From: a virus
Lineage: Duplodnaviria > Caudoviricetes
Reading direction: 5' to 3' (one strand)
Virus record (IMG/VR): IMGVR_UViG_3300014203_000001
Location: 181,714-245,713 of that record
Length of the DNA: 64,000 nt
Under the pieces are notes generated by a model. It ran no database searches, had not been told where the DNA came from, and saw only the letters and a program-made list of their open reading frames with translations. The number at the start of each line of letters is the position of its first letter. Position 1 is the stretch's first letter. Made by a program: the position numbers and the translations under genes. Shown here piece after piece: positions 1-10,410 of this stretch.

Positions 1-1848
1 ATAGTTGGCAAATGGATAAGGAACTCTAAATCTAGTTTGTCCAGTAGTATTAGCATTCACTTTTATACAATGAGTTAGAAGATCTTGACTAACTCGAACT
101 TTGTTTGTAATAGTAGGACCTACATAGAATACATCCACTCTATCTCCCGCTTTGAAGGTTCTCATTGTATATATAGCCCTTTTGGTTATACTACTATTAT
201 TTAGAGAAGGAACTAAAACTCTATAAAATGCACTATTTATTAGCTTGCCGTTTACAAATACCATATATTTACTACCATTAAATCCAGTTCTGAATTTAGT
301 AGAAAGTTCTAGCATGTTTGTATTAGTAGGTATACTATAGTTCTCATATAACATCTGTCGTCTAGATCCTAAATATAGCTGAGCCTCTAGGTATCTAGGA
401 TTGGAAAGAACTATATTACTATTAGCATCTATACTATAGTTTATAGGGAATAGATTTTGTTCTCCTCTGCATGCGCTGTATACAATAAGATCTTCTCTAG
501 GAATACCACAATCTTTTATATTAAGATAATCACTATCAGCCTTATGTGATAGATCTAATTTAATAAGAGTATTGTTAATATTTCTAAAGTATACTATCTC
601 AAACGTACCAGTGCTTCCGTTTGGTAATTGTATATTGAACGAATTTTGATCATATACTGTATCTTTGTAGTAACTGGGAACCATTCCATTATGAAAGAAT
701 ATGGGGAACGATTCGCTGTCATCTCCACTATACACATCTTTCAGCATTGTTAATGTATTATTAACCAAATACCTTTTATCTAGAGCTGATATGTCATACT
801 CTATGATATTTACCTGTTTATTATCCTCGAATATCTTATCTAGCTTATTCTCATCTTCTCTAAATACATAGTTCAAACTATTAGAAATATTAGAAGGGTA
901 ATCTAGAGATTTAATATGTGTAAAATCAAACTTATCTAAGATTAGATTTCGTACATCGCCAGAAGATCCATTTATTATTTCTTTCTCAAATCTTTCATTT
1001 AACCCTCTTGTATTATTGCTTTCGTTTAGATTAGACAAACTACTATATATACAGCATAAATAATATTTTGTATTAGGTTGAGATGTAGTTAAGAGATTAT
1101 TATTTTTTATATCGATAACAAGATCCTTATCTAGCTCCCCAATAGAATTGAATGCAATAATATTGTCTCTATTTAGTAATACTTTATATGATATATTCAT
1201 ATCAAAGTTTACATAACTATTTTCAGAGAAAGAATATGTTTGTGTATTATCATCTTCTGGATATACAAATATGGAAGAACCATAACCATATGTACCATCT
1301 TTACGAAACCTAAACATGGTCCGCTTATCAGCTAACTCATCTTCATCTTCACCATAAATGATCTGAAATGGTATGGATAATATCTGTACATCGGTTACAG
1401 GAATATCTTTATCCATATCAGAAATAAGAAGTGATATATTAAAATCACTTCTTACTATAGTTATTCTAGACCAAGCAATATGAACTTTATTAACAAACAA
1501 AAGGAATGGTTGCAATATTCCATTATCATATCCATCTTTCATCTTTGTATAAAAGAATCTTCCTCCATCTTCGTTTAAGAATATATTATTCACTATGCCA
1601 TTTACATGAATACAAGTCTCAAAGTAATCTCTAGATACCACATATGCATTATCTTTAAAATAGGTATCTGTTTTATTCCATGTTAAATCTAAAAATTGTG
1701 GTATCAATCCCTTCTGTAGATTAGACACTGCTGTTCTTGTATTACATCGTTTCCACTCAATAAGCTTATTGATATTCTCCTGCTGTGAATACTCCTTCTC
1801 TGGTTTTTCTACATAGACATCTGTATCATCTATAGAAAAGTCTACCAT
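1..1848 (-). CDS. Putative virion structural protein (runs off the left edge of the window)
   Basis: ATG at 1848 with AGGTGA RBS; frame reads MVDFSIDD...; contains FLLFVN and YMVFVNGKLI beta-rich segments typical of large jumbo-phage tail/baseplate proteins. Not in ORF track because truncated. Confidence 0.55.
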   Translation of the reverse strand, partial: MVDFSIDDTDVYVEKPEKEYSQQENINKLIEWKRCNTRTAVSNLQKGLIPQFLDLTWNKTDTYFKDNAYVVSRDYFETCIHVNGIVNNIFLNEDGGRFFYTKMKDGYDNGILQPFLLFVNKVHIAWSRITIVRSDFNISLLISDMDKDIPVTDVQILSIPFQIIYGEDEDELADKRTMFRFRKDGTYGYGSSIFVYPEDDNTQTYSFSENSYVNFDMNISYKVLLNRDNIIAFNSIGELDKDLVIDIKNNNLLTTSQPNTKYYLCCIYSSLSNLNESNNTRGLNERFEKEIINGSSGDVRNLILDKFDFTHIKSLDYPSNISNSLNYVFREDENKLDKIFEDNKQVNIIEYDISALDKRYLVNNTLTMLKDVYSGDDSESFPIFFHNGMVPSYYKDTVYDQNSFNIQLPNGSTGTFEIVYFRNINNTLIKLDLSHKADSDYLNIKDCGIPREDLIVYSACRGEQNLFPINYSIDANSNIVLSNPRYLEAQLYLGSRRQMLYENYSIPTNTNMLELSTKFRTGFNGSKYMVFVNGKLINSAFYRVLVPSLNNSSITKRAIYTMRTFKAGDRVDVFYVGPTITNKVRVSQDLLTHCIKVNANTTGQTRFRVPYPFANY

Positions 1849-1859
1849 TCGAGATCACC

Positions 1860-2804
1860 TCATATTCCAAGATCATAAATTACTGATTTGGCATAGTCTA
1901 TCATATATCTGCCACATACTTTATCTATCGTCTTTTGGTTATTTATATAAGCTCCTGTATAAGCATCAGTTAACATAGCAGAGAATGCTGGATAAAATTC
2001 CAACCCAAATGCTGTTCCTTCACCATATAGATACATCCATTTTTCTACAATTACATCTGCCGTAATACCTTCTATTTTGAATATCTCTCTAAGTAAAGCG
2101 CAAAACTCTTTAATATCTAAGAATGGGTTTTTATCATTCCTGGTAATAATAAAGTCATATGTATTTTCTTTCGTTTCCGTAATACCAGCAATCTTTCTAG
2201 AAAGATCTCTAATAGTAGTTTCGCTTTCTAGCATAAGAATATTAGTTAGATAATATCTAGCAGCCAAATATAAACATTTGTCTCTAGCCCCCTCTACAAT
2301 ACTAATCTTGCCAATATAATCTACTATATGAGTAAGCATAGAAGAAAAACAATTAGCCCCTAGCTCACGCAGTTTAGAGTTATTAATTACCATTGTTGGT
2401 TTCAATGCATATATCATAGCTACTTCTGCATTGACTAAGTAAGATACAAGAACTCCTTCGTTTACTCTATAACCATTAGTATCTTGAGTAATGGCATTAG
2501 AACAATCAATAAATACTTTAACTGTATCTCTATCTTCTTTCGCATCTTTAGCACAAAATACTTTAAAAGATTTAGGTAATGGATGCGGAGGAATAATAAG
2601 CTGTGTATTCTTAGATGTAAGAACTTTAAGCAAACTGCTACTAACCCTAGTACGTTTTACTTCATATATCACATCTTCAAATTCTTTAGCCTCTTTATCT
2701 ATTCTATCACTAACCATAATAGCCTCTGTTAAAACTGCATTGTATGCTGGGTGTTTCTTATAAAGGAAACAATCTGCGTAGGTTTTATTAATTTTATTTA
2801 TCAT
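1860..2804 (-). CDS. Hypothetical protein (about 314 aa), probably late-expressed
   Basis: ORF 1860-2864; likely start M21 (2804) after AAGGTGG RBS; AACA-N6-TA motif at 2831-2842. Confidence 0.6.
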   Translation of the reverse strand: MINKINKTYADCFLYKKHPAYNAVLTEAIMVSDRIDKEAKEFEDVIYEVKRTRVSSSLLKVLTSKNTQLIIPPHPLPKSFKVFCAKDAKEDRDTVKVFIDCSNAITQDTNGYRVNEGVLVSYLVNAEVAMIYALKPTMVINNSKLRELGANCFSSMLTHIVDYIGKISIVEGARDKCLYLAARYYLTNILMLESETTIRDLSRKIAGITETKENTYDFIITRNDKNPFLDIKEFCALLREIFKIEGITADVIVEKWMYLYGEGTAFGLEFYPAFSAMLTDAYTGAYINNQKTIDKVCGRYMIDYAKSVIYDLGI

Positions 2805-2830
2805 TTGTATTTCCACCTTTCGTCTAAGTT

Positions 2831-2842
2831 TATTAATATGTT
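2831..2842 (-). promoter_or_regulatory. AR9-type late promoter motif AACA-N6-TA
   Basis: AACAtattaaTA upstream of the minus-strand operon. Confidence 0.6.
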
Positions 2843-2918
2843 TAGAGTAGGTATATTTAGACAACTTTTACAAAGTTAATTTGTTAAGGACTAATAAATA
2901 AGAAGGGGGAGAAGAAAA

Positions 2919-3614
2919 ATGAATATGGAATCTTTAAAAGATATAGATTTAGGAAAAATAAATAGCATGTATACATATAAAGGTAGAGTAATACCAAGGG
3001 TAACTAGTATCTTAAGTAAAATGATCCATGAAGATTATCTCTTATATTGGGCTAACTCTCTTGGGTTTAAAAGAAAAGGATATAAACAAACTTTGGGAGA
3101 AGCTGCAGATTACGGCGCCAGAACCCACAAAGGTATAGAAGAATTCTTACAAGAAAAAGAAGTTCCTAACAATACTCCCACAAATCCAATTGAAGCATTT
3201 AAACGTTGGTGGAACATAGTAAATTCTACTAACAAGGTTAAAATATTAGGACAAGAAGTATCTTTAACATGTCCTTGGTTTGGTGGTACATATGATCTTC
3301 TTATAGAGATAAACGGAGCTATATACTTAGTAGATTTTAAGACTAGTAATAGACTATCATACAAATACTGCTTACAGTTAGCAGCATATAATTATATGGT
3401 GAAATTCAATAATCTACCAAATATATCAGGAGTGATTGTACTTAGATTAAAGAAAGACATTCCAGATTTTGAAGAGCTTGTATTGGATTTTACTAATCCT
3501 AATACTTTAGATTTCTTTAATATGTGCGAAAGAACTTATCTTTCTTTAGTGCATTCATATTACCATATATCAGAAGTAGAACGACGTTATAAGATAATAG
3601 GGGAGGAAGATTGA
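2919..3614 (+). CDS. PD-(D/E)XK exonuclease, Cas4/RecB-like
   Basis: PRVTSILS, GARTH, GTYDLL...LVDFKTS...LQLAAY motifs. Confidence 0.85.
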   Translation: MNMESLKDIDLGKINSMYTYKGRVIPRVTSILSKMIHEDYLLYWANSLGFKRKGYKQTLGEAADYGARTHKGIEEFLQEKEVPNNTPTNPIEAFKRWWNIVNSTNKVKILGQEVSLTCPWFGGTYDLLIEINGAIYLVDFKTSNRLSYKYCLQLAAYNYMVKFNNLPNISGVIVLRLKKDIPDFEELVLDFTNPNTLDFFNMCERTYLSLVHSYYHISEVERRYKIIGEED

Positions 3615-4159
3615 TGTTCGTGCTTATCAAATTATTCAATGAAATATTATTAACTGTAGGAAAAAACCAAAGTGCTCTTAGGAGAGTATTTATACTCCCA
3701 TTTGTGTATCTTTGGTATATGATAAAAGTAAAATTATTGATAAAAATGTATATTGATAGACCTAACGATATACTAGACTTCAGATCTCTAATAATAGAAT
3801 ATGTCAATTTTCTAACCGTTATGAAAAATTTACCTCCAGCCCAAGGAGATATAAATAATATAATTCGGTATGATAATAGTAAGATAACTGTTATATATGA
3901 TGAGTATAACAATGCTAAATCTATAGACTATTATTTTAAAAAAAGTAGTGTATATAGCGATATTTCTATAAAAGTTACAGTGAATGAAAATAAATTGCTA
4001 TATATAGAATTAGCAACAGAGCATGGTAGTACGTCTTTTAGTTATAATTCTCTTATAGATGCTAGGCTGATAGGGGTGAAGGATAACATAGAACGAATTG
4101 TAAGAACGGATATAGCCGCCAATACAGAGTATATTTTATTACATAAATGGAGGAGATAG
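3611..4159 (+). CDS. Hypothetical protein
   Basis: 182 aa ORF overlapping upstream stop, GGAGG RBS. Confidence 0.6.
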   Translation: MMFVLIKLFNEILLTVGKNQSALRRVFILPFVYLWYMIKVKLLIKMYIDRPNDILDFRSLIIEYVNFLTVMKNLPPAQGDINNIIRYDNSKITVIYDEYNNAKSIDYYFKKSSVYSDISIKVTVNENKLLYIELATEHGSTSFSYNSLIDARLIGVKDNIERIVRTDIAANTEYILLHKWRR

Positions 4160-4163
4160 AGAT

Positions 4164-4640
4164 ATGGAATTTGCAAACTTTGAATGGGCTAAGCGTAATG
4201 AATTTATTCAAATGCTCAACAATCCTATACCTAATATAGTAAAGAAGATGTGGTTTAAATATAAACTTAAGAAACGTCTAAAGTTATTATCCCCAGGCTT
4301 TAATTGTATGGTGGATATAGCAGAGTTTTTGTATTACCTAGATCTTCTATATCTATTTGAGAATGATGCCGATATTAATGGTATCTCTGGAGTGCTGAAA
4401 TCTAATCTGAAACAGTGTACAATTATAGTTAAACCTAATAAAGCCCAGACCATAAAGATAACACTAACGGCTCCAAACTATATTACTATAGAGACAGCAA
4501 ACAATGGTAAGCTTAGAAATAAGATATCGTTCGAAGATGGTGAAGCAGAAGTTGATACTATATATAGGCGCAAATTATTCCTAACAATCATAGATTGTCT
4601 AATGGATTCATTTACGAAAGTTTTACTTAAATACATTTAA
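4164..4640 (+). CDS. Hypothetical protein (weakly similar to the upstream ORF)
   Basis: 158 aa ORF, GGAGGAG RBS, followed by terminator hairpin. Confidence 0.6.
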   Translation: MEFANFEWAKRNEFIQMLNNPIPNIVKKMWFKYKLKKRLKLLSPGFNCMVDIAEFLYYLDLLYLFENDADINGISGVLKSNLKQCTIIVKPNKAQTIKITLTAPNYITIETANNGKLRNKISFEDGEAEVDTIYRRKLFLTIIDCLMDSFTKVLLKYI

Positions 4641-4645
4641 ATTAT

Positions 4646-4680
4646 ATATGGGATAGAGAAATCTATCCCATATTCTTTTT
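4646..4680 (+). terminator. Intrinsic terminator
   Basis: ATATGGGATAGA-gaaa-TCTATCCCATAT followed by T-run. Confidence 0.8.
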
Positions 4681-4730
4681 GAAATATGAGCCTACACTAT
4701 TGTAATCGAACAAGAACGGAGGCAATCAAG

Positions 4731-5894
4731 ATGCTTACAGAGATAGCGACAAGGGTAAATACAGTGAATAAATTATTTGTGGAGGTACATATTGCAGATT
4801 TACATTTCGGAGTTTTGAACCCATTATTACAATTTAATATACTCAGGGATCAGTTCTTAAACTACCTAGAAAATATGGCTATTATCGACATAGTATCCAT
4901 AAATGGAGATATATTCGAGCATAAGTTTATGGCTAATTCGGATGCTATTATGTATGCGTGTTATTTCATAGAAGCATTGGTTGATATATGTAGAAGAAAA
5001 GGCGCTACTCTTGTTATAGTCGATGGTACAACCTCACATGAAGGGGATCAGTTAAAATTATTCTATCCATACGTTGGAGTAGATAAAGGTGTAGACGTTA
5101 GAATAGTAGAAGAAGTACGATTTGAATATATTAAAGGTAAAAAGGTTCTAATCATACCAGAGATGTATGGTAAAGGTAAAGAATACTATGAGAAGTTTCT
5201 ATATCATAGTGGGATATATGATGCGGTTTATATGCATGGTACATTCAAAGGAACTATATATGGAAAAGACCAAGCAGATCTAGATTCGGATAGAGAACCA
5301 GTGTTCTCTATAGAACATTTCATCAATTGTGCAGGTCCTATTATGTCAGGGCACAGGCATACTCCAGGATGTTTTAGTACATATTTCTATTACTGTGGAA
5401 CTCCAATTAGAGATAAGTTTGGAGAAGAAGAAGATAAAGGATTCATGATCCTAATACATAATACAGATTCGAGAGAACACTACGTTCATTTCGAACCAAT
5501 AGAGTCGTTTAGATATGATACTATTAACCTGGATGATATCATCGATAACGATCCTAAGGACGTTATATTTTACATAAAGAATCTACAGGCTAATGGGATA
5601 CATAATATACGGGTACAACTTACAAAGAACAATGAAGATAATATAAATATACTTAAGTCTCACTTTAGAGGGAATTCTTCTATAAAAATAGATGCTAACT
5701 TTAAGAATGAACAAGTAATAGAGAATATGAAAAGTCTAGATGCCAAATATAAAGAGAACCAATATGTCTATAACAAAGACCTATCAGAATATGATAAGCT
5801 AAGCAGATATATAAACCAAAACAAAGGCTATGTGTACATTACAGCTCAAGGATTAGAAGAATTTATTGCAAAAATTACAGACTCTACATTTTAA
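4731..5894 (+). CDS. sbcD: SbcD/Mre11-like metallophosphoesterase nuclease
   Basis: ADLH, GDIF, GTTSHE, MHG, GHRH motifs; start at M16 after GGAGG; N-terminus MLTEIATRV. Confidence 0.85.
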   Translation: MLTEIATRVNTVNKLFVEVHIADLHFGVLNPLLQFNILRDQFLNYLENMAIIDIVSINGDIFEHKFMANSDAIMYACYFIEALVDICRRKGATLVIVDGTTSHEGDQLKLFYPYVGVDKGVDVRIVEEVRFEYIKGKKVLIIPEMYGKGKEYYEKFLYHSGIYDAVYMHGTFKGTIYGKDQADLDSDREPVFSIEHFINCAGPIMSGHRHTPGCFSTYFYYCGTPIRDKFGEEEDKGFMILIHNTDSREHYVHFEPIESFRYDTINLDDIIDNDPKDVIFYIKNLQANGIHNIRVQLTKNNEDNINILKSHFRGNSSIKIDANFKNEQVIENMKSLDAKYKENQYVYNKDLSEYDKLSRYINQNKGYVYITAQGLEEFIAKITDSTF

Positions 5895-5926
5895 GTAATA
5901 GAATAGAGAATAGGGGAGAGAATAGA

Positions 5927-7747
5927 ATGAATCTTAAAGATCGAAAGGCAAAATATGAACCAAAGAAAAAACCACCTGAAGGTATTAAATTTAACTTTGA
6001 TTTGACTATGATGAATACATTCTGCTCATATTGTTTATCTGAGAACACTGCAGTACATAGGAATTCTCTTGTAAACCTAAATACTATTTTTAGTAAAATA
6101 GACGAGGCTATGTTCGAAAGCAACCAAGAGCTTATTATTAGATTCAGATTCTGTAAAGCTGCATTACATACTAAACTAGAGAAGAAAGTAACTAAAAGAG
6201 AATATGTTCTTAGAGATATTTATGGTATGATAGGATCGCAATTCGAATCACTCGATCAAAACAATTTCCAAGAATTAGCAAATACTGAGATTTCTTGGGT
6301 TGAAGAGATGATATCATCTTGTATGGATATAACTTTCATAAATAACAAAGTATCAGATCTGCAATATACTTGCACAGAGTATAACGGGGCTAGCTATGCT
6401 AGTAAAATGGGCATTGTAAATAAATTGAAGACACAGATAAATGAGATACAGACTCAATTTAGAAGAAATGATATTGAGAAAGACGGAGAGAATGACACAT
6501 TCAAATTATCCCAAGCAGGACCCGCCGTGTATGCTATATGTAATAAAAAGAATAGACCTTCTTATAAATTAGCCACTGGAATGCAAGGGTTTAATGATAT
6601 ACTTGCGGGAGGATTTGAGGGGGGTAGGGTATATTGTTTATTTGGTCTTCCTGGAGAGGGAAAAACTATCACTTTACTAAACTTATTATTCCAGCTTAAG
6701 AAGTATAATAGAAATTATGTCTGTAAAGATAAAACAAAACGCCCATGTATCGTTCTGCTAACGATGGAAAACCAAACAGAAGAAGGTATTCAAACTATGT
6801 TTAATATTGCCTGCTCATCTGAGGATCTTTCATCATACCCTCCAGAAGTAGCTCTTCAGTTAATGATGGCTAAAGAATTAGCTGTAACAATGGATTCCCC
6901 TATAGATATCGTCATTAAGTACAAGCCAATCAATTCAGTAAATACCAACTACCTATATAAATTAACAGAAGATCTTGAGGATGAAGGATACGAAGTTATC
7001 GCAATGCTTCAAGACTACATAAAACGAATCAAACCTATGGATGAAAACAAAGAAGAAAGATTTAGATTAGGTAATGTAATCAATGACTTCAAAAACTTTG
7101 CTATATATAAAGAGATACCTGTTATCACCGCTTCCCAATTCAACCGAGAAGCTGCTAGAATAGTAGATGAGAGCCGTGGTAGTAATAAAAACGACCTAGT
7201 TAAGAAACTAGGCAGAGCCAATATTGGAGAGTCTTCATTGATTGATGAAAATCTAGATGCCACTATATTTATTACCCCTGAATGGGTAGGAAATCAAAAA
7301 TATATGGGCTTCAAAATAAGTAAGCACCGATACAAAATGTTCACGAAAGTAGCCGCATTTTATCAACCATTCGAAGAAGGAAATGAAGTTAGACTTATGG
7401 AGGATGAAGGATTAACACGACCTCTATATAAAGAAAGTCTTGTTAGGGATGCAGACGAAATCAAGAAAACCTTCGGTGATACTATACGCTTCTCAACAGT
7501 TAGAGAGATTAAGGACATAGAAGAGTTAGAAGCAAATGAAAGTAAGCTAATTACTAGCGGAACTGTATATGGGGAAAATAAACAAGCCGCATATACTACA
7601 TATAAAGATCCTGTATATACGATTATAGCAGAAAGGGTGCCAATTCCACCTAAACCTGTATTAACTACTATTGTTGAAAGAGTACCTATTCCTCAGCCTA
7701 AATTAACTATTATTGCAGAGAGGGTAAAGATACCAGGTGTAGCATAA
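5927..7747 (+). CDS. dnaB: DnaB-like (SF4) replicative helicase
   Basis: Walker A GLPGEGKT, TMEN, QDY, TASQFNR; C-terminal tail with three IAERV-like repeats. Confidence 0.88.
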   Translation: MNLKDRKAKYEPKKKPPEGIKFNFDLTMMNTFCSYCLSENTAVHRNSLVNLNTIFSKIDEAMFESNQELIIRFRFCKAALHTKLEKKVTKREYVLRDIYGMIGSQFESLDQNNFQELANTEISWVEEMISSCMDITFINNKVSDLQYTCTEYNGASYASKMGIVNKLKTQINEIQTQFRRNDIEKDGENDTFKLSQAGPAVYAICNKKNRPSYKLATGMQGFNDILAGGFEGGRVYCLFGLPGEGKTITLLNLLFQLKKYNRNYVCKDKTKRPCIVLLTMENQTEEGIQTMFNIACSSEDLSSYPPEVALQLMMAKELAVTMDSPIDIVIKYKPINSVNTNYLYKLTEDLEDEGYEVIAMLQDYIKRIKPMDENKEERFRLGNVINDFKNFAIYKEIPVITASQFNREAARIVDESRGSNKNDLVKKLGRANIGESSLIDENLDATIFITPEWVGNQKYMGFKISKHRYKMFTKVAAFYQPFEEGNEVRLMEDEGLTRPLYKESLVRDADEIKKTFGDTIRFSTVREIKDIEELEANESKLITSGTVYGENKQAAYTTYKDPVYTIIAERVPIPPKPVLTTIVERVPIPQPKLTIIAERVKIPGVA

Positions 7748-7762
7748 CTACACCTGCGTATA

Positions 7763-8191
7763 TTAAGAATGAAGTCCATTGTATGTTTCTATTGCTGCCC
7801 TTTCAGCATCATATATCATTGGTATATACTTTGCCATATCATCTTTATGCAGCATCTTAATACTGCTATTAGTAAACTCTTTCACATCACACATATCGTT
7901 TATCATCAGAATTACATACCAAAGCTCTGTAGTATCATAGATATCAGATGATAATATCTTTGGTCTATAGAAGTACTTATTCTGTTCACTCTCATTCAAT
8001 ACTACAACTTTAGCCACATTCTTAAGTTCAAAAAGATAATCGTTTAGAATATTCTTTACTGGAAATTCTATACCATTTCTCTTCTCTATAAATGATAATT
8101 TAGGATATGTTATTACAGACGAATCTGCCATTGTGGATAGGAATTCACTAAGAGTATGTGCTTGTCTAGGATCTGTAACTATACCAGCCAT
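7763..8191 (-). CDS. Baseplate wedge protein, T4 gp53/LysM-like
   Basis: YRPKILSSDIYDTTELWYVILMIN pattern. Confidence 0.65.
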   Translation of the reverse strand: MAGIVTDPRQAHTLSEFLSTMADSSVITYPKLSFIEKRNGIEFPVKNILNDYLFELKNVAKVVVLNESEQNKYFYRPKILSSDIYDTTELWYVILMINDMCDVKEFTNSSIKMLHKDDMAKYIPMIYDAERAAIETYNGLHS

Positions 8192-8529
8192 TAGAATTCC
8201 CTCCCAACAATAATAGGTTTTGTTATATCGCCACTAGTAAACCCTACTATAAATCTAGTTCCTGGTGGTATGTATTTGGTAGGATAATTAGCAGTTACCT
8301 CTTTGGGTATCTCTAGTTCTATCTCACTAGATGTTGTAGCTTCAGATACTGGAAGAATAGATGGATCTGCATTTAAAAGATGAGACGTACTAATCCTTTC
8401 AGTTTCTGTTGTAGTAGAGTTCTCTTGCAACCCAAGTATAGACTGTAGCCTAAACGTTTGAGTTCCAGGAGAATATTTGTTACAAGTCGTAAGTAATATA
8501 GCTACTTCGTTAGATAAAAAATCAGGCAT
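8191..8529 (-). CDS. Small baseplate hub/spike OB-fold-like protein
   Basis: IPPGTRFIVGFTSGDITKPIIVG resembles the gp5/gpV/VgrG OB-fold signature; co-transcribed with the gp53-like gene. Confidence 0.5.
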   Translation of the reverse strand: MPDFLSNEVAILLTTCNKYSPGTQTFRLQSILGLQENSTTTETERISTSHLLNADPSILPVSEATTSSEIELEIPKEVTANYPTKYIPPGTRFIVGFTSGDITKPIIVGREF

Positions 8530-8559
8530 ATTTATTTACCCCCTTTAAGCAAATATGAT

Positions 8560-8578
8560 TATATATTATATAAGTGAC
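8560..8578 (+). promoter_or_regulatory. Early-type phage promoter motif
   Basis: TATATATTATATAAGTGAC. Confidence 0.7.
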
Positions 8579-8597
8579 AAGGAATTAATCGTTAGAT

Positions 8598-8609
8598 TAA
8601 TTTACTGTT
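8598..8609 (-). promoter_or_regulatory. AR9-type late promoter motif AACA-N6-TA
   Basis: AACAgtaaatTA upstream of the baseplate genes. Confidence 0.58.
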
Positions 8610-8639
8610 ATAAAATTCATTTTAAAGGGGATAGTGTAT

Positions 8640-9173
8640 ATGGCTAGAATAAGTGCTAAACGACAATTATTAGAAGAGCAACAGAGATTATTAGAAGAAC
8701 AAACTTTACAGAAAAACTCATTTGATTGTGCGAATTTCTTAATGCAACGAATGGAGTTAGAAGTAGATGATAAAACTGGTTTCCTCGCTAGATATAATGA
8801 AGATACTGAAGAATTATCTGAAATTATATTTGATGGTAAGAAATGTAAAGATTTAAGAGCACCTATAGATCCTAGAAAAGAAATGCCGTTTGATCCGTAT
8901 AATAATATTAAGCTATGCTGTGGTTTATTACAGTACTATGTAAATGAATATATGGGCAAAGATACCCAAATTATGTATCTATCAAACAAAACAAGTAACG
9001 ACGAGGGTACTCTTACATTAGTATTTGAAAATGGTCAGAGTGTAATAGGAAATCCGTATAATAAGGATACCCTAAAATATATTGATATGATTGTTCTGTT
9101 AGATGGAGGAAATGCCATTGATAATAGGACAATAAAAGGAATGGATGTAAATGCCAATACATTTAAACGATGA
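8640..9173 (+). CDS. Hypothetical early protein
   Basis: ORF after early-type motif at 8560; AAGGGG RBS. Confidence 0.65.
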   Translation: MARISAKRQLLEEQQRLLEEQTLQKNSFDCANFLMQRMELEVDDKTGFLARYNEDTEELSEIIFDGKKCKDLRAPIDPRKEMPFDPYNNIKLCCGLLQYYVNEYMGKDTQIMYLSNKTSNDEGTLTLVFENGQSVIGNPYNKDTLKYIDMIVLLDGGNAIDNRTIKGMDVNANTFKR

Positions 9174-10332
9174 GCAAGAGGATATTGTTAATAAAGCTAT
9201 CGATTTTTATCTAAACAGTTCTGAGCTTGTATTCCAATTTGATGGAAAAGCAGGCACGGGTAAATCTGTAGTAATGAATGAAATATACCGAAGGTTGAAT
9301 CTTACCATGGCAGATATAGCTCCTATGAGTTACATAGGAGCTGCTGCTATTGTTATGAGACTAAAAGGTTTAACTAATGCCAAGACTATACACTCTTGGC
9401 TCTTTGAGCCTAAGATCGTATATGATATGGAGAATATGGACAATTATCTAAACAAACCTAAAGCCCGTTTAATTTTTGTGCCTAAACCATTAGGAAACAA
9501 GAAATTGATATTTATAGACGAGGCTGGTTCTGTTCCGTATTCATTAAAGAAAGAATTAGAATCTAGAGGAGTTAAAATAATAGCAGCAGGAGATCTGAAT
9601 CAGCTTCCTCCTCCATGTGACAAACCAGCATATCTATATTCAGGTAAGGTGCATCATCTTAATCAAGTTATGAGGCAGAGTTCACAGAATGCTATTATAT
9701 ATTTAGCTAATAGAATCTTAGAAGGGTATTCTATAGAGCCAGGATTTTATGGTAATGTATATGCTTTATATGATAGTCAGCTTACGTCTGATATGATTTC
9801 TAATAGTCAAGTTATCGTATGCGGTAAGAATAAGACTAGGGATAAGTTTAATAAGTATATACGAAAGACATTCTTTAACATAGACTCGACTTTACCATCT
9901 CATGGCGAAAGAGTTGTATGCAGAAAGAATAACTGGAAAGTAGATGCTGATGGGATAAACTTAGCAAATGGATTAATAGGCACAGTAGCTAACTATCCTA
10001 GTGTATATGGGTTTAATGGTAAAACATTTGAAATAGACTTCAAACCAGATTTATTTGATGGGGTATTCGAATCTTTAGAATGTGACTTTAAGTACTTCAA
10101 TGCTCCACACGATGAAAGAGATAAGATAAAGAAGAGTCCTTTTAGCGAAGGTGAAAAGTTTGAATTGGCATACGCTATTACAACTCATATAGCTCAAGGT
10201 TCTCAGTATAGGAATGGTATATACTTTGAAGAGTACCTAAATAAGGCTATAAATAAGAACCTAAACTATACTGGGATAACACGTTTTTCTGACTGGTGCT
10301 TCTATGTAATTCCGACACCTAAATATTTTTGA
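9151..10332 (+). CDS. Dda/RecD-like SF1B helicase
   Basis: GKAGTGKS, IDEAG, GDLNQL, AYAITTHIAQGSQY, YTGITR. Confidence 0.9.
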   Translation: MPIHLNDEQEDIVNKAIDFYLNSSELVFQFDGKAGTGKSVVMNEIYRRLNLTMADIAPMSYIGAAAIVMRLKGLTNAKTIHSWLFEPKIVYDMENMDNYLNKPKARLIFVPKPLGNKKLIFIDEAGSVPYSLKKELESRGVKIIAAGDLNQLPPPCDKPAYLYSGKVHHLNQVMRQSSQNAIIYLANRILEGYSIEPGFYGNVYALYDSQLTSDMISNSQVIVCGKNKTRDKFNKYIRKTFFNIDSTLPSHGERVVCRKNNWKVDADGINLANGLIGTVANYPSVYGFNGKTFEIDFKPDLFDGVFESLECDFKYFNAPHDERDKIKKSPFSEGEKFELAYAITTHIAQGSQYRNGIYFEEYLNKAINKNLNYTGITRFSDWCFYVIPTPKYF

Positions 10333-10351
10333 CAGCATAGATATTTATGAT

Positions 10352-10370
10352 TATATATTATATAGATGAG
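10352..10370 (+). promoter_or_regulatory. Early-type phage promoter motif
   Basis: TATATATTATATAGATGAG. Confidence 0.75.
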
Positions 10371-10410
10371 TACAAATACTTAAGACTCAAAATAAGGGGA
10401 GGAATTTATA

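Noticed and set aside
9340-9366. IVMRL in the Dda helicase as a tag copy
   Set aside because: It falls within conserved helicase motif Ia, so it is probably coincidental.
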